From positions 1 through 35,725 of the forward strand of contig CAZAPM010000017.1 of the NCBI GenBank assembly GCA_964487475.1: a DNA stretch of 35,725 nucleotides, written 5' to 3'. This DNA comes from an uncultured Planctomycetales bacterium (GTDB taxonomy: Bacteria > Omnitrophota > Gorgyraeia > Gygaellales > Profunditerraquicolaceae). The notes beneath the pieces were generated by a model that saw nothing but the letters and a program-made list of their open reading frames with translations, searched no databases and had not been told where the DNA came from. Each line of letters starts with the position of its first letter. Position 1 is the first letter of the stretch. The translations under genes and the position numbers were made by a program. Positions 1-8,411 of this stretch are shown piece after piece.

Positions 1-41
1 CCGTTATATTTTTGGAAAATAATCGCGGTTGGAGGGCGGTG

Positions 42-84
42 AAGCCACTTCAAGGGATCTCCATGTCTCGTGGAGTGGCTTTTT
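42..84 (+). terminator. Hairpin plus T-run directly upstream of the SnoaL gene (terminator or attenuator)
   Basis: AAGCCACTTCA (42-52) pairs with TGGAGTGGCTT (71-81), with an inner GGGAT/GTCTC stem, followed by T's; ends 4 nt before ATG 89. Confidence 0.55.
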
Positions 85-88
85 CTAC

Positions 89-481
89 ATGAACCTTCTT
101 ATAGCACGGTGGGCCGAGGCATATAATAACCACGATGTGGAATCGCTCATCGAGCTTTACGATGAGGAAGTGGTTAATGTGCAGCAACCATATTCGCATC
201 CGGTACAGGGGATGGAGGCGATGCGGGAGGTTTTTCGTAAGACGTTTCTCGCTTTTCCCGATATCCATATCGATATTGAAAAAGCACTGGAACAGGAAGA
301 CGGGGCGGCGATCGAGTGGATATTCAGCGGAACCATGCGCGGAGAGTTCGCCGGTCACCCTCCGACAGGGCGCCGTTTTTCGATGCGCGGGTGCGAGGTG
401 TTCCGGTTCCGGGAGGGTTTGATCGTCTCGCAGCACGGCTACTGGGATAAACAAACGATGTTCAGCCAGTTGGGTATTTGA
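89..481 (+). CDS. SnoaL-like / ester cyclase (NTF2-like fold) protein
   Basis: Motifs AYNNHD..LYDE, AFPDIHID, EWIFSGTMRGEFAGHPPTGRRFSMRG, YWD..MFSQLG. ATG 89 preferred over TTG 29, whose extension runs through the hairpin. Confidence 0.85.
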   Translation: MNLLIARWAEAYNNHDVESLIELYDEEVVNVQQPYSHPVQGMEAMREVFRKTFLAFPDIHIDIEKALEQEDGAAIEWIFSGTMRGEFAGHPPTGRRFSMRGCEVFRFREGLIVSQHGYWDKQTMFSQLGI

Positions 482-508
482 TCGGGTAGTTGCATATTGG
501 GAACGCAG

Positions 509-550
509 GGCCACTTCGAGATACGCCAATATCTCTGAAGTGGCTTTTTT
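509..550 (+). terminator. Rho-independent terminator
   Basis: GCCACTTC-GAGATA-loop-TATCTC-T-GAAGTGGC followed by TTTTTT, 28 nt after the SnoaL stop. Confidence 0.75.
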
Positions 551-568
551 GTTTTGCCGGATTACCCC

Positions 569-596
569 TTGATTTACGCATGGCGAGGAGTAAAAT
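569..596 (+). promoter_or_regulatory. Putative sigma70 promoter
   Basis: TTGATT-N16-TAAAAT upstream of SD AGGAG and ATG 639. Confidence 0.4.
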
Positions 597-638
597 AAAA
601 GAATATGCCGGAAAAGAGTTATATCACAGGAGTGAGAC

Positions 639-1523
639 ATGAATCAGAAAAGCGCATTTGATAATTTGCAGAATCGTTATGAGGCGATCTTAGCCGTCGT
701 TCCCGAGATCATCACGGAAGTGAACAACAACAAGGAATATACCTGGATGAACAAGGCGGGCCTGGAGTTCTTCGGGCCGGAGGCGATCGGCAGGCAAGCC
801 GCTTTTTATTTCGAAGGGGAGCAGGATACCTATAATACAGTCAAACCGGTGTTTGAGGGTGCCGCGGATTGCATCTACGTAGAGAGCTGGCAGCGCCGTA
901 AGGACGGGCAAAAGCGGTTGCTTGCGTGGCAGTGCCGGACATTGAAGAATGACGCGGGCCAGGTGATCGGAGCGATCTCCTCGGCGCGCGATATCACCGA
1001 GAGCAGGAAGGCGGAGAAGGAGAACATTGATTCCAGGCGCCTGCTGCAGAGAATAATAGACCTTCTTCCGATACGGATATTCTGGAAAGATAAGAACCTG
1101 TACTATCTCGGGTGCAATGAAGCCTTTGCGAAGGATGCCGGCAAGAGCAAGCCGGAGGACCTGATCGGCAAGGATGATTTCCAGATGGGGTGGAGGGAGC
1201 AGGCCGATATTTACCGGGCCGACGATAAGGAAGTCATGCGTTCAAGGAAGGAAAAGCTTAACTTCGTAGAGCCTCAGACCACTCCCTCGGGAGATCGGAT
1301 CTGGCTGAAGACCAGCAAGGTGCCTTTGATAGATCCGGAGGGCAACGAGATCGGGATATTGGGGACGTATGACGATATCACCGAGCGCAAGAATCTGGAA
1401 GATGAATTGCAGCGGCGCCTGAATGAGATGGAGATCTTCTATAAGGCCTCCGTGGGCAGGGAAGAGCGGATCATCGAGCTTAAACAGGAAGTGGAAAGAT
1501 TGAAAGACAAGCTGGGGAGATAA
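639..1523 (+). CDS. Tandem PAS/PAC sensor protein with C-terminal coiled coil and no output domain
   Basis: Two PAS-PAC units (RRKDGQKRLLAW...ARDITE; IFWKDKNLYYLGCNEAFA...KVPL...GTYDDITERK), then a short helix ending SVGREERIIELKQEV. Confidence 0.85.
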   Translation: MNQKSAFDNLQNRYEAILAVVPEIITEVNNNKEYTWMNKAGLEFFGPEAIGRQAAFYFEGEQDTYNTVKPVFEGAADCIYVESWQRRKDGQKRLLAWQCRTLKNDAGQVIGAISSARDITESRKAEKENIDSRRLLQRIIDLLPIRIFWKDKNLYYLGCNEAFAKDAGKSKPEDLIGKDDFQMGWREQADIYRADDKEVMRSRKEKLNFVEPQTTPSGDRIWLKTSKVPLIDPEGNEIGILGTYDDITERKNLEDELQRRLNEMEIFYKASVGREERIIELKQEVERLKDKLGR

Positions 1524-1574
1524 GCGGAGACTCCCTGCGTTTCCGCTTTGTTATCCGGAGAGTATGCCTGCCCG

Positions 1575-2360
1575 ATGAAAAAATCCGTACTTCTGTGCGT
1601 TCTGCTTGCCGTTCCCGCGATCGTTCTTGCTCAGGAGATCGATAGGTCCCTCTTGAGGGGGTACGATGCCGCGCTCATGATCCATGACCGTGCGACCGGC
1701 GCCGTGCTCGATGTCGATCCGGTGAGGAGCGCACAGCGTCTGCCACCCTGTTCCACCTTCAAGATATACAACACCCTTATCGGTTTGGAACTCGGGCTCC
1801 TCAAGGGCGCGGATGAGCCGTGGTATACCTGGGATAAGGTCACGCGCGATTTCGAGGGGTGGAACAAGGACCTGACCCTGCGGGAGGCGTTCCGGGTTTC
1901 GGCGGTGCCGGCCTACCAGATCCTGGCGCGCCGGATCGGCGCAGACCGGATGAAGGCGTACCTTGCGCGGATCGGCTACGGGACGCAGGATATTTCCGCG
2001 GGGATCGATATCTTCTGGCTTGCCCGGCCCGGTACGGTCCCCATCCTGATCAGCGCCGGAGAACAGGTTGCGCTGCTGGACCGGCTGCTTGACGGCACGC
2101 TGCCTTTTGCGCCGGAGCACGTCGCGATACTGCGCGAGGTCATGGAAGTCTCCAGGACGGAGAAGGGCACGCTTTACGGGAAGACCGGCTCCGGCATGGG
2201 CGCTGACGGAAAATGGTCCCTGGGGTGGTTCGTCGGATTCCTGGAGCGGGGTACTGAGACCTATGTGTTCGCCTGCAATATCACCGGAGGAGCGGAGCCT
2301 TCCGGAAAGGTCGCCCGCAGCATCGTTGAAGATGTGTTAAGATCGCGGGGCCTCTTATAA
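1575..2360 (+). CDS. Class D beta-lactamase-like / penicillin-binding transpeptidase-domain protein
   Basis: Signal peptide; STFK (SxxK), SAV (SxV), YGT (YGN-like), FWL, KTGS and GWFVG motifs. Confidence 0.85.
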   Translation: MKKSVLLCVLLAVPAIVLAQEIDRSLLRGYDAALMIHDRATGAVLDVDPVRSAQRLPPCSTFKIYNTLIGLELGLLKGADEPWYTWDKVTRDFEGWNKDLTLREAFRVSAVPAYQILARRIGADRMKAYLARIGYGTQDISAGIDIFWLARPGTVPILISAGEQVALLDRLLDGTLPFAPEHVAILREVMEVSRTEKGTLYGKTGSGMGADGKWSLGWFVGFLERGTETYVFACNITGGAEPSGKVARSIVEDVLRSRGLL

Positions 2361-2361
2361 G

Positions 2362-4269
2362 ATGCGGCCCGCAGCGCGGTTCGTCCAAAAAGGCCCCTGG
2401 CTGGTGGGTGTAGGGGCAGGGATATACACCGCGATCTTCTCTTATTTCTCCTGGCAGAAGTTCGTCTCGTTCTCCTACCGGGACTGGGATCTCGCCATTT
2501 ACGCGAATTTCCTGCATAACGCCGCGTCGGGGAATTTCTTCTCGCCGCTTCTGGGCATACCGTATTTCGGCAATCACCTCAACCTTCTGTTGCTGCTGCT
2601 GGTGCCGGTGTATGCCCTGTTTCCCAGCCCTTATACGTTGCTCTTTCTGCAGTCCTGCGCCCTCGGGCTGGCCGCGTTCCCGGTGTACCTGATCTTCCGC
2701 GCCAGGGGAGGGGAATGGTTCGGGGTGTTATGCGCGTTCATCTTCCTGGTGCATCCCGCGATCCATCTCGTCAACCTTAACGAATTCCATCCGGAATCCT
2801 TCTTTCCGCTTTTGTTCTTTACGGCGTTCCTGTTCCTTAAAACAGGGAGGACCGGCTGGTTCCTTGCGGCGGCGTTCGCCTGCCTGGCGCTTAAGGAGAA
2901 CTTCTCCCTGGCCGTATTCACCCTCGGGGTATACGCCATGAGTGCTTCCCGCACCCGGAAGGCCGGCGCTTGGCTGGCAGGGATATCGCTGGCCTACGGT
3001 GCGGCGGCGTTCCTGTTCGTCATTCCCGGGTTGAATCAGGGAAGGGTGGGGTATTACAACATCTATCCGCAGTTCGGGAGCGCTCCGGGAGAGATACTGG
3101 CCGGAATAGCCGGTCATCCCTTGCAGGCGCTCAGGGCGTGCCTTGCGCCCGTTAAGCTGAAGTATCTTTTCGAGCTTTTCGCGCCGGTCGGGTTCCTTTC
3201 TGTCGTAAGCCCGGCGACGCTTCTGCTGGGCGCTCCGCTTTTTGGCCAGCACCTGCTTTCCAGCCGGCCGACGGAGTTCGACCTCACCTTTTATTATTCC
3301 AGCGAATTGCTCCCGTTCATATTCTTAAGCGCGTTTTACGGCATGGCGCGGGTACGGGAGTGGATCCCGGAAAAGCGCAGGGTAGCCGCAGGGGTGCTCG
3401 CCGCGGTAATGGTTATCGGGACTGGTTTCTTTATCGGGAAAGGGCATTTCCGGCCCGCATCTTCAGACAGCGCGGGTATTCCGCCCGTGCTCGCGCAGGA
3501 AATGCTCGCGCGTATCCCGAAGAATGCCGGCACTATCGCTACCTTCGGGTTCCTTCCCGGGCTGGCCAACCGCGCGTCGCTTTATTCCTTCCATTACGTC
3601 TATACCGGGACCCATATCCTGACCGATAAAAAGTTTGTCTTGCCCGGGGATATCGCGTATGCGATGATTGATATGAACGATCCCAGTCTTTTCGGGCAGT
3701 TCTATCAGCCGCAGCGGTATTCCGGACTGCAGGGGTTTTTTATCGGGCAGGGGTGGCGGGTGGAAGGCTACGTCAATTCCCTGTTGCTTTTGAAGAAGGA
3801 TGCGCAGGCGGATTTTGACCTTACCCGCCGCATCGATGCGCTGCCCGGCGTAGGCAGCGCGCAACACGCGGGCAGGATTTCGACGGATGAAGGGGTGGCG
3901 CTGGCGGCATTCGAATTCACCCCGGACTTCGAAAAAGGGTACGTGGATGCGGTGTTCTATTGGGAGGCGCTGGCCAAGCCGAAGAAGGACATTCAGTTCT
4001 TCCTGGACCTGGAGGATACCCGCGGCACGCTTCTGGCGAGGGTGAAGCATCCTGTCTGCTGGAGGATATTCCCCACGCAAAGCTGGGAGCAGGGGGAGCT
4101 GTACCGCGATACCTGCCGGTTCTATTTTCCGCAGATCACCCGGCCGGGGGAGTACCGGCTTTGGCTGGGGATGTACGAGCACGGTGCGGGTACTTCCCTG
4201 CCTATGTCGTCGCTTCAGGGCAGGGGTTATAAGGCGCAATTATTGGATTTGCGCAAGGGAGGACAATGA
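2362..4269 (+). CDS. DUF2079-like multi-pass membrane protein (probable GT-C glycosyltransferase) with C-terminal soluble domain
   Basis: DLAIY, GNHLN, LLFLQ, EFHP, KEN motifs; many TM segments; C-terminal FYWEAL...PTQSWEQGELYRD...PGEYRLWLGMY domain. Confidence 0.75.
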   Translation: MRPAARFVQKGPWLVGVGAGIYTAIFSYFSWQKFVSFSYRDWDLAIYANFLHNAASGNFFSPLLGIPYFGNHLNLLLLLLVPVYALFPSPYTLLFLQSCALGLAAFPVYLIFRARGGEWFGVLCAFIFLVHPAIHLVNLNEFHPESFFPLLFFTAFLFLKTGRTGWFLAAAFACLALKENFSLAVFTLGVYAMSASRTRKAGAWLAGISLAYGAAAFLFVIPGLNQGRVGYYNIYPQFGSAPGEILAGIAGHPLQALRACLAPVKLKYLFELFAPVGFLSVVSPATLLLGAPLFGQHLLSSRPTEFDLTFYYSSELLPFIFLSAFYGMARVREWIPEKRRVAAGVLAAVMVIGTGFFIGKGHFRPASSDSAGIPPVLAQEMLARIPKNAGTIATFGFLPGLANRASLYSFHYVYTGTHILTDKKFVLPGDIAYAMIDMNDPSLFGQFYQPQRYSGLQGFFIGQGWRVEGYVNSLLLLKKDAQADFDLTRRIDALPGVGSAQHAGRISTDEGVALAAFEFTPDFEKGYVDAVFYWEALAKPKKDIQFFLDLEDTRGTLLARVKHPVCWRIFPTQSWEQGELYRDTCRFYFPQITRPGEYRLWLGMYEHGAGTSLPMSSLQGRGYKAQLLDLRKGGQ

Positions 4270-4892
4270 TGGGGAATTTTCCGTTCCACGTGAGGTCGAT
4301 CGCGGCAGGCGCATGCGTCCTGGCGGTCCTGTCGCTGGGCGTTCCGGCATACGGGAAACGGCTCGATGAAGAAGATGAAAAGACTCCGCGGGAAAAGCTG
4401 ATGGAAGTGCATGACGCGAACATGCGCAACCTCGAAGATATGATGAGGGACAAGCAGCGTTCCCAGGATACGACACCGGTGTTCCACGGCGAGGAGGAGA
4501 TGCGCTCCTATAACGACGATATTTCCGCCGATGCGGACCGTTCGGGAATGGCGCAGGCCCTGGATATCACCTTTACCCATGATCTGATCCGCAAGGGGAG
4601 GACCCTCTCCGAGGATACGATAGAAAAAGCGCAGTGGATCGGAAGCGACCTGGAGATTATTTTTCTTACCCAGGGGGAGTGCAAGCTTGCCGGCATGGAA
4701 GCCACGGCGATCAGGCGCGGGAATACGATCGAGCTTTCGGTGAGGCCCGTTTCCTTTTCTGTCGCGCCTTCGACGTGCACGGCCCTGTACCGCTGCCGTT
4801 TCCTCGTGCACGGGCTGGAGCGCAGGGATTACCGTCTGGCGTACCGCTCGGGTGAATTCGTGACCGAGATGCCGATGCGTTACACGCCGTGA
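4266..4892 (+). CDS. Hypothetical exported protein
   Basis: SD AGGGAGG, ATGA overlap with upstream stop, N-terminal signal peptide (..GVPAYG). Confidence 0.7.
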   Translation: MMGNFPFHVRSIAAGACVLAVLSLGVPAYGKRLDEEDEKTPREKLMEVHDANMRNLEDMMRDKQRSQDTTPVFHGEEEMRSYNDDISADADRSGMAQALDITFTHDLIRKGRTLSEDTIEKAQWIGSDLEIIFLTQGECKLAGMEATAIRRGNTIELSVRPVSFSVAPSTCTALYRCRFLVHGLERRDYRLAYRSGEFVTEMPMRYTP

Positions 4893-4911
4893 TCATTTTT
4901 TCACATCCCGC

Positions 4912-4939
4912 TTGAATTGCGCGGGTTTTGATCTATAAT
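4912..4939 (+). promoter_or_regulatory. Putative sigma70 promoter of the TPR-barrel/FecR/cyclase operon
   Basis: TTGAAT-N16-TATAAT in the intergenic gap. Confidence 0.55.
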
Positions 4940-5027
4940 ATTGCTGTAAGTTTCAACGGTATAACAGGTTGGGAGAAGCGAAAAGGAGATCTCGATAAAA
5001 CCTTTCCGTGTCCTTCTGTACGCAGGT

Positions 5028-6545
5028 ATGGTGTGCCTCGCCGCGTGCGCAATGCATTTTTCCGGCGGAGTCTCATGTGCCGCTGATCCCTTCGACGCAG
5101 TTTCGCCTCTTCCCGATAACGACCTGCAAAAAGCCCGCTGGTACTTCCAGCATGAGGATTTCGAAGAGGCGCTCGTCCTTTTGCAGCGTCTGCGGGAATC
5201 CTCTCCCGGCTCTTCCGAGATCGCCTATCTTCTCGGCCTGACCTATAAGCGGCTCCAGCAGTTCCCCGATGCGGCGGCGCACCTGGAGGCCGCGGCCACC
5301 CTTGAGCCCCCCATAAAGAACGCCTCCATCGAACTGACCGACGTTTTATATCAGACCGAACAGCTGGAGGATGCGAAAAAGTGGGCGGAGTACGCCGAAA
5401 AGGATGACAAACTCCGGGCACAGGCGCTTTTCTTCAAAGGGTTGATCCTGTTGAAAGAGGGGAATGATCCCCGCGCCGCGCTCCAGTCCCTGGAGACCGC
5501 GGAGCTTCTCGATCCTTCCTTAAGCCAGAGCATCTCCTACCAGAAAGCCATGGCCAACGTACAGCTGAAGAATTACAAGGAGGCCAGGCATATCCTTTCC
5601 GAGGTGGTGACCAGGGCGCCCGGCACCGACCTGGCCGGTTTCGCCAACGAATATATCAGCGTACTGACCAGGACCGAGGATGCCCGCAGGCCTTTCCACG
5701 GTTCTTTCGGGTATACCCTGCAGTATGACGACAACGTGGTGTACCGTCCGGATGACGACCGTCTGGCTCAAAGCGTGGATACCCAGGACGACTGGAAGCA
5801 CGTGCTTTCCGCGCAGGGGGACTACCTTTTCAGGGCCGGGGATTCCTTCGGCGTCAAGGCGGGGTATTCGCTCTACGGCTCCCGCCATAACGACATCGGT
5901 TTTTATGACATGCTGAGCGTTGACCTTCCGGTGCAGCCGATCCTGTACCTGGAGAAGGCGACCGTCGCCTTCCCGATGCATTACAATTTCGTGACCGTCA
6001 ACGAGCGGACGTACCTGAGCACCGTGGGCTTGAGCAACGTCATCAATTACATGCTTTCCCCCGAGGTCATGCTTCAGACGCAGCTGCAGTTCAACGATAA
6101 GAACTACCGCTGGGCGGTCTCGCGGCCGGATGACGAGAAGAAGGGCGAGGAGTACCTCGCCGGCGCGGGGATATTCCGTTTCTTCGGGAAGAACCGGCAG
6201 GGGTTCGTGAACCTGCGGTATGCCTTCAATTACGAAGATGCGAAGGGCCACAACTGGGACTATACCGGCAACCGCATCACTTTTACTTCGGTGGTCCCCT
6301 TCGCGGAAAAATACAAATGGCATTTCGTCACGGATTATTTCCGGGAGGATTTCAAGGGCGTCAATACGACGTACGATAAAAAGCGCACGGATAACGTGAT
6401 CACAGTCTCGAACCTGCTCTCGTATCAGATCATGAAGAATACCGACGTGCAGCTGCAGCATACGTACGTGTATGACGGCGCCAGCATCGGCGTGTACAAA
6501 TACAAGAAGAACGTGTACGGGGTGGGCGCAAAATACCAGTTTTAG
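5028..6545 (+). CDS. TPR-repeat outer-membrane beta-barrel protein (Slam/DUF560-like); true start may be ATA 4995
   Basis: N-terminal TPR helices (EEALVLLQ..IAYLLGLTY..AAAHLEAA), YDDNV barrel-start motif, aromatic-rich amphipathic strands, C-terminal VGAKYQF barrel signal. Confidence 0.8.
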   Translation: MVCLAACAMHFSGGVSCAADPFDAVSPLPDNDLQKARWYFQHEDFEEALVLLQRLRESSPGSSEIAYLLGLTYKRLQQFPDAAAHLEAAATLEPPIKNASIELTDVLYQTEQLEDAKKWAEYAEKDDKLRAQALFFKGLILLKEGNDPRAALQSLETAELLDPSLSQSISYQKAMANVQLKNYKEARHILSEVVTRAPGTDLAGFANEYISVLTRTEDARRPFHGSFGYTLQYDDNVVYRPDDDRLAQSVDTQDDWKHVLSAQGDYLFRAGDSFGVKAGYSLYGSRHNDIGFYDMLSVDLPVQPILYLEKATVAFPMHYNFVTVNERTYLSTVGLSNVINYMLSPEVMLQTQLQFNDKNYRWAVSRPDDEKKGEEYLAGAGIFRFFGKNRQGFVNLRYAFNYEDAKGHNWDYTGNRITFTSVVPFAEKYKWHFVTDYFREDFKGVNTTYDKKRTDNVITVSNLLSYQIMKNTDVQLQHTYVYDGASIGVYKYKKNVYGVGAKYQF

Positions 6546-6568
6546 CGGTGCTGTGGGAGGATCCCTTC

Positions 6569-8404
6569 ATGCGTAAGAGTATCCTGGTCCTAGGGGTGGT
6601 GCTGGCTGTTTCGGCCGCGGCCTATGCTGCGGCAGGAGACCCGATCGGCTCCGTCACTTTCGTCGAGGGAGTGGCGGATGTCACCCGGCCGGGAATGGAT
6701 GCGGAGGTGCTTAAAGAGGGGGCTCCCGTGTTCCTTCAGGACAGGGTAAGGACCAAGAGTTACTCCAAGGTCGGGATCACGCTTCTGGATAAGAGCGTGG
6801 TCAAACTCGCTCCCGGATCATGCGTGAGTTTGGAGGAGTTCCGGATGGGGGATAACGGCAGGCGGGAATCCGCGCGGGTGCTGCTTACCCGGGGAAAGCT
6901 TGAAGCGGTGGTGGCCAAGACCGGGTTGCCGGAGACTTTCGTGATCGATACTCCGAATGCGCGGGGCGCGGTCAGGGGATCGGATATCTTCGTTTCGTAT
7001 CTGGCGGGAAAGACCGGGGTGTTCGTGCAGGAGGGGTCCCTGGCGCTGGTAGCGCCGGCAGCTCCCGATAAGAAGACGACGCTCGGCAAAGGCAATTGCG
7101 TGATCGTGCCCATAGACGGCATGCCGCAGGCCGTGCGGCCGGTTCTGGACACGGAGATGACCATCCATAAAAGGGATGTGAGCCGTTCTCTGGTGAAGAA
7201 ATGGGTGCCCGGGAAGGGGGCGGCGCAGATGACCGCCAGCGTCCTTTCCGTTTCCGGGAGCGTCCGTATCTATACGCAGGGCGCAGGGGATTGGCGGGAT
7301 GCTTCCCAGGGGGATACCATCGGGGAGGGGGATCTCTTGCAGACCGGTGAGGATGCGAAGGCCCAGTTGCGGCTCTCCAACGGGAATACCCTGTTGGTGC
7401 AGCCGGGAACGGAACTGGCGTTCGTGACGCTGAAGCAGGATGCCGTAACCGGAGATTACGAGAATACCTTTGAGATGTCCCGGGGCCGGGTGAGCAGCGT
7501 GGTGGAAAAGCTCAGTACCCGTTCGACCTTTCAGCTGAAGACCCCCACCGCGGTCTGCGGCGTGCGCGGCACGGTGCTGGACGTGATCGTGCCGGCGCCT
7601 ACGGTGGATAATCCTGCGCCCGCAACCCAGGTGTTCTTCGAGGGGGGAAGCGGCGTGGTGACCAGCCTGCTTACCGGGCAGACCCAGGATGTGGCTCCGG
7701 GCCAGAACGTCAATATCGATCCCGCGGGTAATATTTCCCCTCCGGCGGCTACCTCTCCCGAGCAGAGTACGGAGATCTCCGGGACGGTGGCGGCAGGCCA
7801 GGGAGGGGAAGGGTTTTCCGGAGTCCAGGGCGCCGGGTTGGCGGAGAGCGCGCCCGCGGCCCTGCTGGATGCTCCTGCGAGCGCGGCGCCGGAAGGGATC
7901 GTCGCGGCGGCGCCTCTGGCGGTTGAAACCCAGAGTTTGGCGTTGATGTCAACACTTACCTTCGATCAGGTTTCCGGTTCCACGTTACAGCCTTCTTCAG
8001 TCGCGAGCAATGTCATATACTTCGAACCGCTTGTTTGGGACAGCGGGTATACGATGCCGACCGGCCTCCAGACCGTGGATATGTCGGTGAAGCTGCGGAA
8101 TGACGGGACCTGGAGCGCGGATCTGAGCGGGACCTTTAACGGGTACGTGGGAAGCCCCTGGCAGGTGAATGTGGTCAGCGCGCACAGTGATTTCCTTCAG
8201 TTCACCATGACCGGGCCGCTGGATAATGCCTATGCCACCGGCACGTTCGATGTCACCTCGATCGATGCCCCGAACGACCAGATCATCGGGACGACCCCTA
8301 CCAAGACCCTGGCTATCGATGCGGGGACTCAAGGGACGTTCGATACTACCGGCCCCGTTGATACATACGCAGTAACGATCACCGGACATTGGACTAACAA
8401 TTAG
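6569..8404 (+). CDS. Exported protein with two FecR domains, Ala/Pro linker and beta-rich C-terminal domain
   Basis: Signal peptide; two repeats of the FecR pattern (DRVRT..TPNARGAVRGS; GDLLQTG..TPTAVCGVRGT); SD GGGAGG before ATG 6569. Confidence 0.85.
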   Translation: MRKSILVLGVVLAVSAAAYAAAGDPIGSVTFVEGVADVTRPGMDAEVLKEGAPVFLQDRVRTKSYSKVGITLLDKSVVKLAPGSCVSLEEFRMGDNGRRESARVLLTRGKLEAVVAKTGLPETFVIDTPNARGAVRGSDIFVSYLAGKTGVFVQEGSLALVAPAAPDKKTTLGKGNCVIVPIDGMPQAVRPVLDTEMTIHKRDVSRSLVKKWVPGKGAAQMTASVLSVSGSVRIYTQGAGDWRDASQGDTIGEGDLLQTGEDAKAQLRLSNGNTLLVQPGTELAFVTLKQDAVTGDYENTFEMSRGRVSSVVEKLSTRSTFQLKTPTAVCGVRGTVLDVIVPAPTVDNPAPATQVFFEGGSGVVTSLLTGQTQDVAPGQNVNIDPAGNISPPAATSPEQSTEISGTVAAGQGGEGFSGVQGAGLAESAPAALLDAPASAAPEGIVAAAPLAVETQSLALMSTLTFDQVSGSTLQPSSVASNVIYFEPLVWDSGYTMPTGLQTVDMSVKLRNDGTWSADLSGTFNGYVGSPWQVNVVSAHSDFLQFTMTGPLDNAYATGTFDVTSIDAPNDQIIGTTPTKTLAIDAGTQGTFDTTGPVDTYAVTITGHWTNN

Positions 8405-8411
8405 ACCATCC

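Noticed and set aside
42..550. Integron attC sites around the SnoaL gene
   Set aside because: No RYYYAAC/GTTRRRY boxes at the hairpin ends and no integrase in the window
1575..2360. BlaR1/MecR1 sensor
   Set aside because: No N-terminal M56 peptidase/TM domain and no blaI nearby
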